A stretch of DNA of 64,000 nucleotides, from the NCBI RefSeq assembly GCF_013122565.1, contig NZ_CP053258.1; one strand, written 5' to 3'. This DNA comes from Escherichia coli. Lineage in GTDB: Bacteria; Pseudomonadota; Gammaproteobacteria; Enterobacterales; Enterobacteriaceae. A model generated the notes under the pieces. The model saw only the letters and a program-made list of their open reading frames with translations, was not told the origin of the DNA and ran no database searches. Of the stretch, positions 8,926 through 21,684 are shown piece after piece. Position 1 is the stretch's first letter. Each line of letters starts with the position of its first letter. The position numbers and the translations under genes are program-made.

Positions 8926-9741
8926 ATGACACCTTTAGTTAAGGATATCATCATGTCTTCAACACGTATGCCAGCATTGTTTTTAGGTCACGGTAGTCCG
9001 ATGAACGTGCTGGAAGATAATTTGTATACCCGCAGCTGGCAGAAGTTGGGGATGACATTGCCACGCCCGCAAGCGATTGTGGTGGTTTCGGCTCACTGGT
9101 TTACCCGTGGAACAGGAGTGACCGCGATGGAGACGCCGCCCACGATTCATGACTTTGGTGGCTTCCCGCAGGCGCTGTACGATACGCATTATCCTGCTCC
9201 GGGTTCGCCTGCGCTGGCACAGCGTCTGGTTGAGCTGTTAGCGCCGATCCCGGTGACGCTGGATAAAGAAGCCTGGGGCTTTGACCACGGCTCGTGGGGC
9301 GTGCTGATTAAGATGTATCCTGACGCTGATATCCCGATGGTGCAGTTGAGTATCGACAGTAGCAAACCTGCCGCCTGGCATTTCGAAATGGGGCGCAAAC
9401 TGACAGCGCTGCGAGATGAAGGAATAATGTTGGTCGCCAGCGGTAACGTGGTGCATAACCTGCGCACAGTGAAGTGGCACGGTGATAGTTCACCGTATCC
9501 GTGGGCGACGTCGTTTAATGAGTATGTGAAAGCGAATCTGACGTGGCAAGGGCCAGTGGAACAACATCCTCTGGTGAATTACCTCGACCATGAAGGTGGC
9601 GCGTTATCGAACCCAACGCCAGAGCATTATCTGCCGTTGTTGTATGTGTTAGGTGCGTGGGATGGGCAGGAGCCAATTACCATTCCGGTTGAGGGTATAG
9701 AAATGGGCAGCCTGAGTATGCTGTCGGTGCAGGTAGGTTAA
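8926..9741 (+). CDS. ygiD: Extradiol ring-cleavage dioxygenase class III (4,5-DOPA dioxygenase-like)
   Basis: 271-aa ORF; position between zupT and ygiC; exact start uncertain. Confidence 0.8.
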   Translation: MTPLVKDIIMSSTRMPALFLGHGSPMNVLEDNLYTRSWQKLGMTLPRPQAIVVVSAHWFTRGTGVTAMETPPTIHDFGGFPQALYDTHYPAPGSPALAQRLVELLAPIPVTLDKEAWGFDHGSWGVLIKMYPDADIPMVQLSIDSSKPAAWHFEMGRKLTALRDEGIMLVASGNVVHNLRTVKWHGDSSPYPWATSFNEYVKANLTWQGPVEQHPLVNYLDHEGGALSNPTPEHYLPLLYVLGAWDGQEPITIPVEGIEMGSLSMLSVQVG

Positions 9742-9778
9742 CAATTACCGGATGGCGAATGCCATCCGGTATCATTGA

Positions 9779-10939
9779 TTATTCAACAAAAATATGTGGA
9801 TAAAACCGAGACATATCCTGGGTGATCAATGCACGGTCTTCACGAATGCCAATTCCGGCAGGTTGATCGTTCACCAGCCAGCTACCAATCAGCATATAGC
9901 TGTCGCCGAATTTCGGTAACGGGTGGAATTGCTGAACAATCATTCCTTCTTCGCCATACGGACCTTCCGCTGCTTCAATGGTTTTGCCGTTCTCAATGAT
10001 CGACACGTTTGCGCCTTCACGGGAGAAGATTGGTTTAACCACATATTTTTCCATTTGCGGATGATCATCTTCCGCAAAATAAGCGGGCAGCAGGTTCGGG
10101 TGATTCGGGAACATCTCCCACAGTAGCGGCAGCAATGCTTTGTTGGAGATAATGCTCTTCCATGCCGGTTCCAGCCAGCGTACGCCTGCATCCTCCAGCT
10201 TGGTGGAGAACATCTCACGCAGCATAAATTCCCACGGATACAGCTTGAACAGGTTAGAAATCACCTGATCCTGTAAATCCGTGAACTGACCTTTTTCACC
10301 TAACCCGATATCGTCAATGTAGAGGAACTCGGTAGCGATTTCAGCTTCCGTCGCGCAGTCCTGCAAATACTGAATGGTTCCGCGATCTTCCACCGTGTCG
10401 CGACAGCAGGTGAGATGCAGCAACTGGAAGCCATACTGTTCACGCAGCTCAACGAAGCGATCGATCAGTTTTTCTTGCAGACTGTTAAACTGGTCGCTGC
10501 CCTCCGGCAAGTTACCGGCGTTAAGCTGATCTTCCAGCCAGATCCACTGAAAGAACGCCGCCTCGTATAGTGACGTTGGCGTATCGGCGTTATTTTCCAG
10601 AAGTTTAGGTTCGCCAGTGCCATCCCACGCCAGATCAAGACGCGAATAAAGCGATGGCTGGTGCGTCAGCCATGACTGGCGCACAAAACTCCAGGTGTGT
10701 TTTGGAATGCGGAATTTGGTCATCAGCTCATCGCTGGCGATCACTTTTTCCACCACTTTCAGGCACATCTGGTGCAGTTCGGCGGTGACTTCTTCCAGCT
10801 TTTCAACCTGGGCGAGGGTCAACTTGTAGTAAGCATCTTCACACCAGTACGGCTCGCCGTACATGGTGTGAAAATTGAAACCGTATTCGCGGGCTTTCTC
10901 ACGCCAGTCCGGGCGCTCGGTAATACTCACTCTTTCCAT
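9779..10939 (-). CDS. ygiC: Glutathionylspermidine synthase-like ATP-grasp protein
   Basis: 386-aa ORF; downstream of ygiB on the same strand. Confidence 0.85.
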   Translation of the reverse strand: MERVSITERPDWREKAREYGFNFHTMYGEPYWCEDAYYKLTLAQVEKLEEVTAELHQMCLKVVEKVIASDELMTKFRIPKHTWSFVRQSWLTHQPSLYSRLDLAWDGTGEPKLLENNADTPTSLYEAAFFQWIWLEDQLNAGNLPEGSDQFNSLQEKLIDRFVELREQYGFQLLHLTCCRDTVEDRGTIQYLQDCATEAEIATEFLYIDDIGLGEKGQFTDLQDQVISNLFKLYPWEFMLREMFSTKLEDAGVRWLEPAWKSIISNKALLPLLWEMFPNHPNLLPAYFAEDDHPQMEKYVVKPIFSREGANVSIIENGKTIEAAEGPYGEEGMIVQQFHPLPKFGDSYMLIGSWLVNDQPAGIGIREDRALITQDMSRFYPHIFVE

Positions 10940-10944
10940 CGGTA

Positions 10945-11616
10945 TCAGCCACCCATTGAACGAGAAGAGGTACCGGTTGCGCTACGCTGCATAGTGCTTT
11001 GTTTGGCAACAGATTCACCAAAACCGCCACGGGTAACGGTAGTGGTGGTCGCCGGTTTTGGTGCCATTGCCGTCTTCGGTACGGTCATGGTGCGGCCTGG
11101 CTGGGCTGCGCCATAGTTTTTACCCGTCGCGTCGGTATATTTACCGTAAGCCGGGCTGGCTGGGTTTTTCGAGGAGAACAGCGGCTGCTGTGCAAATCCC
11201 GCGCCGCCGCCCATCAGACGCCCCATCATGTAACCGGCCATCAGCGGCATCCAGAAACTCCCGCTGGATTGCTGAGCCTGCGCCTGGTTTTCTGGTGCCA
11301 TGCCAGCCTGGGCTGGTGCTTGCTGGCACTGACCTTCACCAAATTCAGCAACACAGTCTTCACGGGTGGCGTATTTCGGCGCAGTACGTTCGGCTTCTTT
11401 CAGCGCATTGTTGTACGCGGTGGTACATTCGGCGCTTTTGCCTGGGTTTGCAGCTGAACAGTCGTCAGCATTTTGATAGAGAGACACTGTTTCATCACTC
11501 TTTTCACAGCCAGCCAGCATAAAAACAGTGGCAACCGCGAGAGCGACTGGTGTCAGATGGCGTGCGCTCCAGTTTTTGCGGAACGATGCGTGGCGTATGG
11601 ATTTTGTCCGTTTCAT
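10945..11616 (-). CDS. ygiB: DUF1190-family protein
   Basis: ORF 10945-11649; start placed at MKRTKSIRH (223 aa). Confidence 0.8.
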
Positions 11617-11763
11617 TTTTGTCTTCCGGGACCAGTGGTAAATACCCATCAGAATAGAGGATGGCTGGTCGAAATTGAAGCGAGAAGGGGGAAGAATGCG
11701 GCAGATAACCCGTATCTTTACGTTGCCTTACGTTCAGACGGGGCCGAAGCCCCGTCGTCGTCA

Positions 11764-13245
11764 TCAGTTACGGAAAGGGTTATGACCGTTACTGGTGGTA
11801 GTGCGTGCGGATGTTTGCTGAACGACGGGTGCCGGGCTATCAGGCGCATAACCATCAGCAATAGCATTCTGTTCCGGCGTTTGCGGGGCAACGTTTTCCG
11901 GATTAGTGGAAACCGGTTTGCTCAGCGCATTGTTCAGTGCCAGCAGATCCTGCTCGTTCAACGTACCCAAGGCTGACTTAATATTCAGCTGATTAATCAG
12001 GTAGTTATAACGCGCATTCGCCAGCTCTTGCTTGGCGTTGTACAGCGTGGTGGTCGCATCCAACACATCAACAATGGTACGCGTACCGACCGAGTAGCCC
12101 GCTTCCATCGCGTCTAATGAGCTTTGAGCGGAAACTACGGCTTGTTTGTAGGCGTTAATGCTACTGATAGAAGCATTAATGTTGTTGAAGGAGGAACGTA
12201 CGGTTTGCACGACGCTGCGATGCGCGCTTTCCAGTTGCTCGCTGGCACCGACAAAGTTGTACTGGGCCTGTTTCACCTGCGAGTTAACCATTCCGCCCTG
12301 ATAAATCGGCAGCGAGAAGCTCAGGCCAACTTTGTTCTGGCCCATATTGCTATCGTCATACTGGGTACCAGCGGCACCACGGGTTTTCGAACCGCTATAA
12401 GAGGTGTCAGAAATCCCGGTAGAAGCCGTTAAATCCAGAGTCGGTAAGTGACCATCCTGCGCCTGGCGAATTTGCTCGCGCGCCAGGTCCTGGCTCAAGC
12501 GTGCCTGTAACAGCGACAGGTTGCGTTTTTCGGCTTCTTTCAGCAGCGCGTTAACCGGCTGTGGTTTGTCGGTTTTAAAGTTTTCGACATTCAGCGCCGC
12601 CAGTTCCGGATAGTAGTTACCGGTGATCTGGCGCAGCTGCTCTACCGCGTTATCAAGGTTATTACGTGCGGTCACTTCGTTCGCCAGCACGGTATCGTAC
12701 TGCGCGCGGGCGTTCTGCACGTCGGTGATCGCTACCAGGCCCACGTTAAAACGTTGGGTGGTTTGATCTAATTGACGGTAGATCGCTTCTTTTTGCGCCT
12801 GTGTATAGGAAAGAACGTCAATAGCATTCAACACGTTGAAATAAGCGGTCGCGGTGTTGAGGATCAAGGTTTGCTGATCGGTCTGATACGTGACGTCCTG
12901 AATCCCTGCTGCTTTTTCCTGCAGCGTTAACGCACGCCATTTCGACATATCAAAAATGGATTGAGTTAACTGCAGGGACGCACTGGTCGCGTTAGAGTTG
13001 ATGCCGTTCGCGTCGCGGTAGCCGTTGCTATAGGTGTAATCTGCACCTAAACCTAGCTGTGGCAGTAATGGACTGCGCGCTTCATTAATTTTTTCAAAGG
13101 CAGCATCACGATCGGCGGCAGATTTACGCAATTCCGGGTTACTAAGGCGTGCTTGCTGATAAACTTGCATCAGGTTCTCGGCCTGGCTCAACGAACTGAA
13201 CCCAGAAAGGCTCAGGCCGATAAGAATGGGGAGCAATTTCTTCAT
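11764..13245 (-). CDS. tolC: Outer membrane efflux channel TolC
   Basis: ORF 11764-13284; start placed at MKKLLPILIGLSLSGFSSLSQA signal peptide (493 aa). Confidence 0.95.
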   Translation of the reverse strand: MKKLLPILIGLSLSGFSSLSQAENLMQVYQQARLSNPELRKSAADRDAAFEKINEARSPLLPQLGLGADYTYSNGYRDANGINSNATSASLQLTQSIFDMSKWRALTLQEKAAGIQDVTYQTDQQTLILNTATAYFNVLNAIDVLSYTQAQKEAIYRQLDQTTQRFNVGLVAITDVQNARAQYDTVLANEVTARNNLDNAVEQLRQITGNYYPELAALNVENFKTDKPQPVNALLKEAEKRNLSLLQARLSQDLAREQIRQAQDGHLPTLDLTASTGISDTSYSGSKTRGAAGTQYDDSNMGQNKVGLSFSLPIYQGGMVNSQVKQAQYNFVGASEQLESAHRSVVQTVRSSFNNINASISSINAYKQAVVSAQSSLDAMEAGYSVGTRTIVDVLDATTTLYNAKQELANARYNYLINQLNIKSALGTLNEQDLLALNNALSKPVSTNPENVAPQTPEQNAIADGYAPDSPAPVVQQTSARTTTSNGHNPFRN

Positions 13246-13321
13246 TTGCATTCCTTGTGGTGAAGCAGTATTTAGCGCGATCAAACTGTAAAATTATTGC
13301 GGATTCTAGCAGAAGCCGCTA

Positions 13322-13348
13322 CCGCAAAAGGTTGGCGTTACGTGCCAT
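13322..13348. promoter_or_regulatory. Putative mar/sox/rob box in the tolC promoter region
   Basis: Sequence ccgcaaaaggttggcgttacgtgccat (reverse complement ATGGCACGTAACGCCAACCTTTTGCGG) upstream of tolC; resembles the marbox consensus from memory. Confidence 0.4.
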
Positions 13349-13449
13349 AGGGCGTTAATGTGCCTCAATTTAACACATGACTGCTCAAACGGCAGTCAAA
13401 CGTCGCTGAAATTCACATTTAATTCACTATTAGTGCCAGGACATTAACA

Positions 13450-14079
13450 ATGCTTAAGCCAGACAACCTGCCCGTTACATTTGGCAAAAACGATGTAGAA
13501 ATTATTGCACGAGAAACACTTTATCGCGGCTTTTTTTCATTAGATCTTTATAGATTTCGTCATCGTCTATTCAACGGGCAAATGAGTCATGAGGTACGGC
13601 GGGAAATTTTTGAGCGCGGTCACGCCGCAGTCTTGCTACCCTTTGACCCAGTGCGTGATGAAGTTGTGCTGATTGAGCAGATTCGAATTGCCGCGTACGA
13701 CACTAGCGAAACCCCCTGGCTACTGGAGATGGTTGCCGGGATGATTGAAGAGGGTGAAAGTGTGGAAGATGTTGCCCGTCGCGAAGCGATTGAAGAGGCG
13801 GGGCTGATAGTCAAACGGACCAAACCGGTGTTAAGTTTCCTGGCAAGCCCGGGGGGCACCAGTGAGCGTTCGTCAATTATGGTGGGCGAAGTGGACGCCA
13901 CGACCGCAAGCGGTATTCATGGTCTGGCTGATGAAAACGAAGATATTCGCGTTCATGTGGTAAGCCGGGAACAGGCATACCAGTGGGTAGAAGAGGGGAA
14001 AATCGACAACGCAGCGTCGGTCATCGCTTTGCAATGGCTGCAGCTGCATCATCAAGCGTTAAAAAATGAGTGGGCATAA
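13450..14079 (+). CDS. nudF: ADP-ribose pyrophosphatase (Nudix)
   Basis: 209-aa ORF with Nudix box ([23 protein letters not shown]). Confidence 0.9.
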
Positions 14080-14502
14080 ATGAAGCGTTACACACCTGAC
14101 TTTCCTGAAATGATGCGCCTGTGCGAGATGAACTTTTCACAATTGCGCCGTTTGTTACCGCGCAATGACGCACCCGGCGAAACTGTAAGCTATCAGGTGG
14201 CAAACGCACAATATCGGCTGACGATTGTGGAATCGACCCGATACACTACCCTGGTGACAATAGAGCAGACTGCGCCTGCGATCAGTTACTGGAGCCTTCC
14301 GTCAATGACGGTGCGTCTGTATCATGACGCGATGGTGGCTGAAGTGTGTTCAAGCCAGCAGATTTTTCGCTTCAAAGCGCGGTATGATTATCCTAATAAA
14401 AAGTTGCATCAACGCGACGAAAAGCATCAAATTAATCAGTTTTTAGCGGACTGGTTGCGATACTGTTTAGCACATGGAGCGATGGCGATTCCGGTTTATT
14501 AG
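14080..14502 (+). CDS. yqiB: DUF1249-family protein
   Basis: 140-aa ORF starting immediately after the nudF stop. Confidence 0.8.
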
Positions 14503-14526
14503 CGTCGTGAAACCTAAGGACACCAT

Positions 14527-15354
14527 TTGGAAAGCCTGTTAACCCTTCCTCTGGCTGGTGAGGCCAGAGTCAGGATTTTACAAATTACCGATACTCACCT
14601 GTTTGCACAAAAGCACGAAGCCCTGTTAGGGGTAAACACCTGGGAAAGCTACCAGGCGGTGCTGGAGGCGATTCGTCCACATCAGCACGAATTCGACCTG
14701 ATTGTCGCGACAGGTGATTTAGCGCAGGATCAATCCTCTGCGGCCTATCAGCATTTCGCTGAAGGCATCGCAAGTTTTCGTGCGCCCTGCGTCTGGCTGC
14801 CGGGCAACCACGATTTCCAGCCCGCGATGTACAGCGCGTTACAGGATGCGGGTATCTCCCCGGCGAAGCGGGTATTTATTGGTGAGCAATGGCAAATCCT
14901 GTTGCTGGATAGCCAGGTGTTTGGCGTGCCGCACGGTGAGCTAAGCGAGTTTCAGCTTGAGTGGCTGGAACGTAAACTGGCTGATGCGCCAGAGCGCCAT
15001 ACGTTGCTGCTGCTGCATCATCATCCGCTACCTGCGGGTTGTAGTTGGCTTGATCAACACAGCCTGCGTAACGCGGGCGAACTGGATACCGTGCTGGCGA
15101 AGTTTCCGCACGTCAAATACTTGCTGTGCGGTCATATTCATCAGGAGCTGGATCTCGACTGGAATGGTCGCCGCCTGCTGGCAACGCCGTCGACCTGTGT
15201 GCAGTTTAAGCCGCACTGTTCCAACTTTACGCTGGATACTATCGCGCCCGGCTGGCGTACTCTCGAGTTACATGCTGATGGCACGCTGACCACCGAGGTG
15301 CATCGCCTGGCGGACACACGTTTCCAACCTGATACCGCTTCAGAAGGCTACTGA
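14527..15354 (+). CDS. cpdA: 3',5'-cyclic AMP phosphodiesterase (calcineurin-like metallophosphatase)
   Basis: 275-aa ORF; TTG start; metallophosphatase motifs GDLAQD, GNHD. Confidence 0.9.
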   Translation: MESLLTLPLAGEARVRILQITDTHLFAQKHEALLGVNTWESYQAVLEAIRPHQHEFDLIVATGDLAQDQSSAAYQHFAEGIASFRAPCVWLPGNHDFQPAMYSALQDAGISPAKRVFIGEQWQILLLDSQVFGVPHGELSEFQLEWLERKLADAPERHTLLLLHHHPLPAGCSWLDQHSLRNAGELDTVLAKFPHVKYLLCGHIHQELDLDWNGRRLLATPSTCVQFKPHCSNFTLDTIAPGWRTLELHADGTLTTEVHRLADTRFQPDTASEGY

Positions 15355-15935
15355 TGTCTACGCTTCTTTATTTACACGGTTTCAACAGCTCGCCGCGCTC
15401 TGCAAAAGCGAGCTTGTTAAAAAACTGGCTGGCGGAACATCACCCTGACGTTGAGATGATCATTCCTCAGTTGCCGCCGTATCCTTCCGACGCGGCAGAA
15501 CTGCTGGAATCCATTGTCCTGGAACATGGCGGCGATTCGCTGGGTATTGTCGGTTCGTCACTGGGGGGATATTACGCCACCTGGTTGTCGCAATGTTTTA
15601 TGCTGCCCGCAGTGGTGGTAAACCCGGCGGTGCGCCCGTTTGAACTGCTGACGGACTATCTCGGTCAGAACGAGAACCCCTACACCGGGCAGCAATATGT
15701 GCTAGAGTCACGCCATATTTACGATCTCAAAGTCATGCAGATTGACCCGCTGGAAGCGCCGGATTTGATCTGGCTGCTGCAACAGACGGGAGATGAAGTG
15801 CTGGATTACCGCCAGGCGGTGGCGTACTACGCTTCCTGCCGCCAGACTGTCATAGAAGGCGGCAACCACGCATTCACGGGCTTCGAAGATTATTTCAACC
15901 CGATCGTCGATTTTCTTGGTCTGCACCATCTCTGA
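15354..15935 (+). CDS. yqiA: Esterase YqiA (alpha/beta hydrolase)
   Basis: 193-aa ORF overlapping the cpdA stop by 1 nt (TGATG); GSSLGG nucleophile elbow. Confidence 0.85.
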   Translation: MSTLLYLHGFNSSPRSAKASLLKNWLAEHHPDVEMIIPQLPPYPSDAAELLESIVLEHGGDSLGIVGSSLGGYYATWLSQCFMLPAVVVNPAVRPFELLTDYLGQNENPYTGQQYVLESRHIYDLKVMQIDPLEAPDLIWLLQQTGDEVLDYRQAVAYYASCRQTVIEGGNHAFTGFEDYFNPIVDFLGLHHL

Positions 15936-15960
15936 CGATCAACTCGAATTGCTAACTTAA

Positions 15961-17856
<1,896 letters not shown>

Positions 17857-17867
17857 TAATCTTAACC

Positions 17868-17892
17868 CGGCAAACATGTGTTTTGCCGGGTT
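17868..17892. terminator. Terminator hairpin after parE (CCCGGCAAA cat gtg TTTGCCGGG)
   Basis: 9-bp perfect palindrome with T-rich flank; lies between parE and the first islet gene. Confidence 0.6.
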
Positions 17893-17900
17893 GTCGTTGA

Positions 17901-18770
17901 TTATTTTATTGGGCACAGTTTGTTACGATCTGGAAATAGTGTTGCCAGCGAACCAGCCAGAGTTTTCCAGTCCGTAGCCATTTTTTCTGCTTGTGCAGTT
18001 GTTATTACTGCACCTTGTTGTTTAATAAGCTCATCCTCCACTCTGGTATAGTGAATAATGGTAAAATCCGTAGAGGACCATTTATCCTTAGAGAACATCT
18101 TCGTCATCGCATGAATGTTTGCTTGCCCGTCATCGATAAAAATAATCGCGTCATATTTGTTCCCCATTTTATCCAGCATATAATCGAGAATTACGCCTTT
18201 ATCTTGCCCGGAAGAAAAAAATACCCCCTGGCTGTACAGCCATGACCGTTTGAGTTTCCCTTTTTCAAAGGGTGGCAAAGTATCCTCTTTCTTCCTGAGT
18301 GCGGAAGACGAAAAATCAATGCCGTTTCGCTTTAATTCCCGCAATGTCGGAAAGAGAGTATCCGGTGCACGGGATGTCAGAGCAAAAGCGGTATGCTTTT
18401 GTTGCCACTGTTTTAACATTGTCGGTAACTGTGGCTCGGTAAGCTGCATAGGGCTAAGTTCGTAAAGCATACTGATTGTATTTTCATACAGGCAAGGAAC
18501 TTTTTGCGAGTCATCCGGCTTTAAGGGCAATTTATCGGTTTGCCATTGATACCAGATATCACCGCCAATGCGTGTGCCACTCGTTAATAACGTATTATCA
18601 ATGTCAAAAACCAATAATATCTTATCGGATGGATAGAGAGTTTCCTTTTCGGTGATAATTTTACTGACCGCACTATATTCGCCAGTAACTATATTTTTTA
18701 CCTGTGCGTAAGATAAAGCAGGCAGAGCAGAGAGCATCATCCAGAGAATGATTTTAAATTTATTATTCAT
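17901..18770 (-). CDS. Secreted HAD-superfamily phosphatase (acid phosphatase-like)
   Basis: 289-aa ORF; N-terminal signal peptide (MNNKFKIILWMMLSALPALSYAQ); HAD motif I DIDNTL; later FIDDGQ motif. Confidence 0.65.
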   Translation of the reverse strand: MNNKFKIILWMMLSALPALSYAQVKNIVTGEYSAVSKIITEKETLYPSDKILLVFDIDNTLLTSGTRIGGDIWYQWQTDKLPLKPDDSQKVPCLYENTISMLYELSPMQLTEPQLPTMLKQWQQKHTAFALTSRAPDTLFPTLRELKRNGIDFSSSALRKKEDTLPPFEKGKLKRSWLYSQGVFFSSGQDKGVILDYMLDKMGNKYDAIIFIDDGQANIHAMTKMFSKDKWSSTDFTIIHYTRVEDELIKQQGAVITTAQAEKMATDWKTLAGSLATLFPDRNKLCPIK

Positions 18771-18783
18771 TTTTTATTCCAGA

Positions 18784-19518
18784 TTAGAAAGTATAAGTCA
18801 GACCCCAGCGCCAGCGGATTTGGCGATTACTTGATGTTTTATCCACACCTTTATAATCCGCAATACTCATATAGGGTATCCACGATCCAATTTTGTACCC
18901 TACTTTAAATGATGCGGTATAGTTTTTATGGCCATCATTCCACGTTAAATAACCATTATTGTAATAGACCAGGTTTAACTGATATTGGAAGTTGGTTTTT
19001 TGTGGTCGATAGTCGATCCACACATCATAACGGCGGTTATTACGATCATCGTTGCCATAACCTTTGGATTTATCGGTGGCTTTATCCATGTCATAACGAA
19101 ACCGACCCGAAACTTTCCATTCTTTGCTGAAGTCATAACCCGCAGAAAGACCATATTCGTAAGTTGACCAATATTGCGTGGTATCAAGCCAGAACATGGG
19201 TTCTAACCAGAATTTTTTGTCATCCAGCGGCTTAAAGCGGTAAACAACAGATAATCCTGTTCCGTTATTGCCAAATTGTGAGGGGTCCCACTTATCTTTA
19301 TCACCTTCATCGGTGTTATAGCGTAATTCTCCCATCAAACCGATACCATTACTAAAAAATGTACCAAATTCAACGCGGTCCGCGTGGGTGCGAGTATCAT
19401 CAAGATACTCATGACGATAATCAATAAATCCATGCGGCTGTTCTGCACAGACTAGTGTAGGTGACAGGCAGGATAACATTGTTATTCCTGCAAGTGATAT
19501 TTTAAGATAAGAATTCAT
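18784..19518 (-). CDS. Outer-membrane beta-barrel porin, KdgM/NanC family (tentative)
   Basis: 244-aa ORF; signal peptide; Tyr/Trp/Gly-rich alternating pattern; C-terminal ...GLTYTF; IDYRHE motif near the N-terminus. Confidence 0.6.
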   Translation of the reverse strand: MNSYLKISLAGITMLSCLSPTLVCAEQPHGFIDYRHEYLDDTRTHADRVEFGTFFSNGIGLMGELRYNTDEGDKDKWDPSQFGNNGTGLSVVYRFKPLDDKKFWLEPMFWLDTTQYWSTYEYGLSAGYDFSKEWKVSGRFRYDMDKATDKSKGYGNDDRNNRRYDVWIDYRPQKTNFQYQLNLVYYNNGYLTWNDGHKNYTASFKVGYKIGSWIPYMSIADYKGVDKTSSNRQIRWRWGLTYTF

Positions 19519-19613
19519 AATATTCCCTTTCAGAATAAAATATATTTTTGGTGATCGAATACACCATCTGATGATTCCAGGTATTAGAATGTTTTTGTAT
19601 CTATAGTTTGACT

Positions 19614-20738
19614 TTAAACTTTAAGTTTGTTTTCCTTATCAATGAATAGATAAAATTTCGTCTGTTGATGGGGCTGGAAATTATTATCAGATACAAATAT
19701 TAACGATGTATGCCCATCAATCAGAGGACCGAAGGTTACCCCTTCAATACAATCCGCAGAGGAAGTGTAATCAGCAAAATCAATTAATAATTTTTTACTG
19801 ACGGGTTGTAACGTGGATTTATTGGACCAATCTTGCAGACTGTCAATATTCTTGATATCGCTGGCAGCAGTTAAATCGACCATATAAACTCTGACAGAGT
19901 AATCCCAGTCATTGAACCCAGCACTGACGTTTCTGCCGGAACGTTCGATGACCAACAATTGGTGATCATTCAGCGCCAGGACCTCGGATACGCCATTATC
20001 ATTAATACCGAACTTACTCACTTGCGGAACAGGATCAGTAATATAGAGATATTCATGCAATTGCTTTGAAGGTCGACCGTCTGCATCTATAGAAAATTGC
20101 AGTAAGCGTGCTGTGCCTGAATTTATTGGACTTGCAATAGGCCCATCCTGTTTAAGGCTGCTTTCAACGGCGATAAAAAGTGATTTTCCATCTGGTGTAA
20201 CTGTCAGGCCCTCCCAGGCGTTGCCGCTGCGAATACCATTGCTGCTCTCTTTGTCAGAACTAATATTAAAGCGAGCAGGAAATAAAGACGTAAAATCTTT
20301 CTCCATTACGCCATCGAGAGTGCTCAGACGCAGTGGAGCACCTAACTCCGAACTCCAGAGTAATGATTTACCATTGTGTGTCAGGGCCAGACCTTCGGCA
20401 TCCACCGTATTGGTCACGAAAGGCTGCTGTTTTGCATCAAGCAGTGGACGCTGGTTGAGAAAATTCACTTGCTCAATGCCCCTGGATGATACCTGTATTT
20501 TTAGTGTATAAAGACTGGCATCTCCTTCTTTATTATTGTTTCTGCTATCGTTAATAGCATAGAAAATATTTTTTTTTGCATCAAATGTGATGGCTGATAG
20601 CCCCGCGATTGTGACATTGTTCTGCTTTTCTCCCGTCCGGAAGTTAAACTCCCCAGCATAATGAAGAAAACTGTTTGCCTGCGCTGTTGTGCATAACAGC
20701 GGTAATGCCAGAAAAATAGCGGCATATCTTATTTTCAT
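19614..20738 (-). CDS. Secreted beta-propeller-like protein, phytase-like esterase family (tentative)
   Basis: 374-aa ORF; signal peptide MKIRYAAIFLALPLLCTTAQA; repeated AEGLA / EGLTVTPDG / IEGVTF motifs. Confidence 0.5.
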   Translation of the reverse strand: MKIRYAAIFLALPLLCTTAQANSFLHYAGEFNFRTGEKQNNVTIAGLSAITFDAKKNIFYAINDSRNNNKEGDASLYTLKIQVSSRGIEQVNFLNQRPLLDAKQQPFVTNTVDAEGLALTHNGKSLLWSSELGAPLRLSTLDGVMEKDFTSLFPARFNISSDKESSNGIRSGNAWEGLTVTPDGKSLFIAVESSLKQDGPIASPINSGTARLLQFSIDADGRPSKQLHEYLYITDPVPQVSKFGINDNGVSEVLALNDHQLLVIERSGRNVSAGFNDWDYSVRVYMVDLTAASDIKNIDSLQDWSNKSTLQPVSKKLLIDFADYTSSADCIEGVTFGPLIDGHTSLIFVSDNNFQPHQQTKFYLFIDKENKLKV

Positions 20739-20765
20739 GATATTTACCTTTGTATATATATGATT

Positions 20766-21680
20766 TTAGTCGTGTTGTGAAAGAAAAAGATTAACCTCCG
20801 ATGGTGTCGGCAGATGACCTCTGGCACCTAATGCAGTAATATTTATTGCTGCTGTGGCAGAAGCAAATTTTAGTGCTTCAATTAAGGGCATGTTTTTTAT
20901 TAAGCTATAAACAAATGCACCATTAAAAGTATCTCCAGCGCCTGTGGTATCAATAACGGGAATTGTATAACTACCTATTTTTACTTGCTCATTGCCTTTG
21001 ACTGCAATTACTCCCCTAACATCCAGCGTAACCACGACAGCGTCAAGTTGATACTCGTCTTGTATATCATGCAGAAGTGTAAAATCTGGCTCTGTTGCAT
21101 AGCCACGAATAAAACCGTCATAATTAAATATCGCAATATCAGCAAGGTGTAAAATTCTGGCAAGGTGTTCAGGTGTTGCAATGATATGAGGCTCAATATC
21201 AACGACAACTTTTGTCATTTGGCTACGGGAATATTCGGCCAGCATACGAAATTTCTCGATATCTGCTGGCATCGTATAAAAATAACGGCTTTGCGCAATT
21301 GCCTGCAGGGCTTTTTCTTTATCCCACTCATGATCACTACCAGGCGAGTAAACCAACGTTTTTTCACCTAATTCATCAATAAAGATAATCGCGGTATTGG
21401 CAATCAATTCCGGAATTACCTGAACGAAATCACAATTTACATGATATTTTTTAAATCCATCAAGAATGATCGAGGCTGAATGATCATTGCCCACACATGA
21501 AACAGATACCACATTGAGACCCAGTTGTCCCATCGCACAGGCACTGTTGGCGACTGTGCCGCCAGCTTGTTCACCCAGACGTGTCCCGACAACTTTACCG
21601 CCACGAGTGGGGAGTGACGGGATAGATAAAAAAATATCTATATTTCCACTGCCTAAAGCGGCGACATCAAATTTCTTCAT
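20766..21680 (-). CDS. PfkB-family carbohydrate/nucleoside kinase
   Basis: ORF 20766-21734; start placed at MKKFDVAALG with GGGAGA ribosome-binding site; PfkB signature DTTGAGDTFNGAF. Confidence 0.8.
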   Translation of the reverse strand: MKKFDVAALGSGNIDIFLSIPSLPTRGGKVVGTRLGEQAGGTVANSACAMGQLGLNVVSVSCVGNDHSASIILDGFKKYHVNCDFVQVIPELIANTAIIFIDELGEKTLVYSPGSDHEWDKEKALQAIAQSRYFYTMPADIEKFRMLAEYSRSQMTKVVVDIEPHIIATPEHLARILHLADIAIFNYDGFIRGYATEPDFTLLHDIQDEYQLDAVVVTLDVRGVIAVKGNEQVKIGSYTIPVIDTTGAGDTFNGAFVYSLIKNMPLIEALKFASATAAINITALGARGHLPTPSEVNLFLSQHD

Positions 21681-21684
21681 AGTC

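Noticed and set aside
11504-11764. 86-aa minus-strand ORF spanning the tolC-ygiB intergenic region (possible ygiA-like small gene)
   Set aside because: Overlaps the ygiB start region in another frame and has no convincing ribosome-binding site; cannot be supported from sequence alone.
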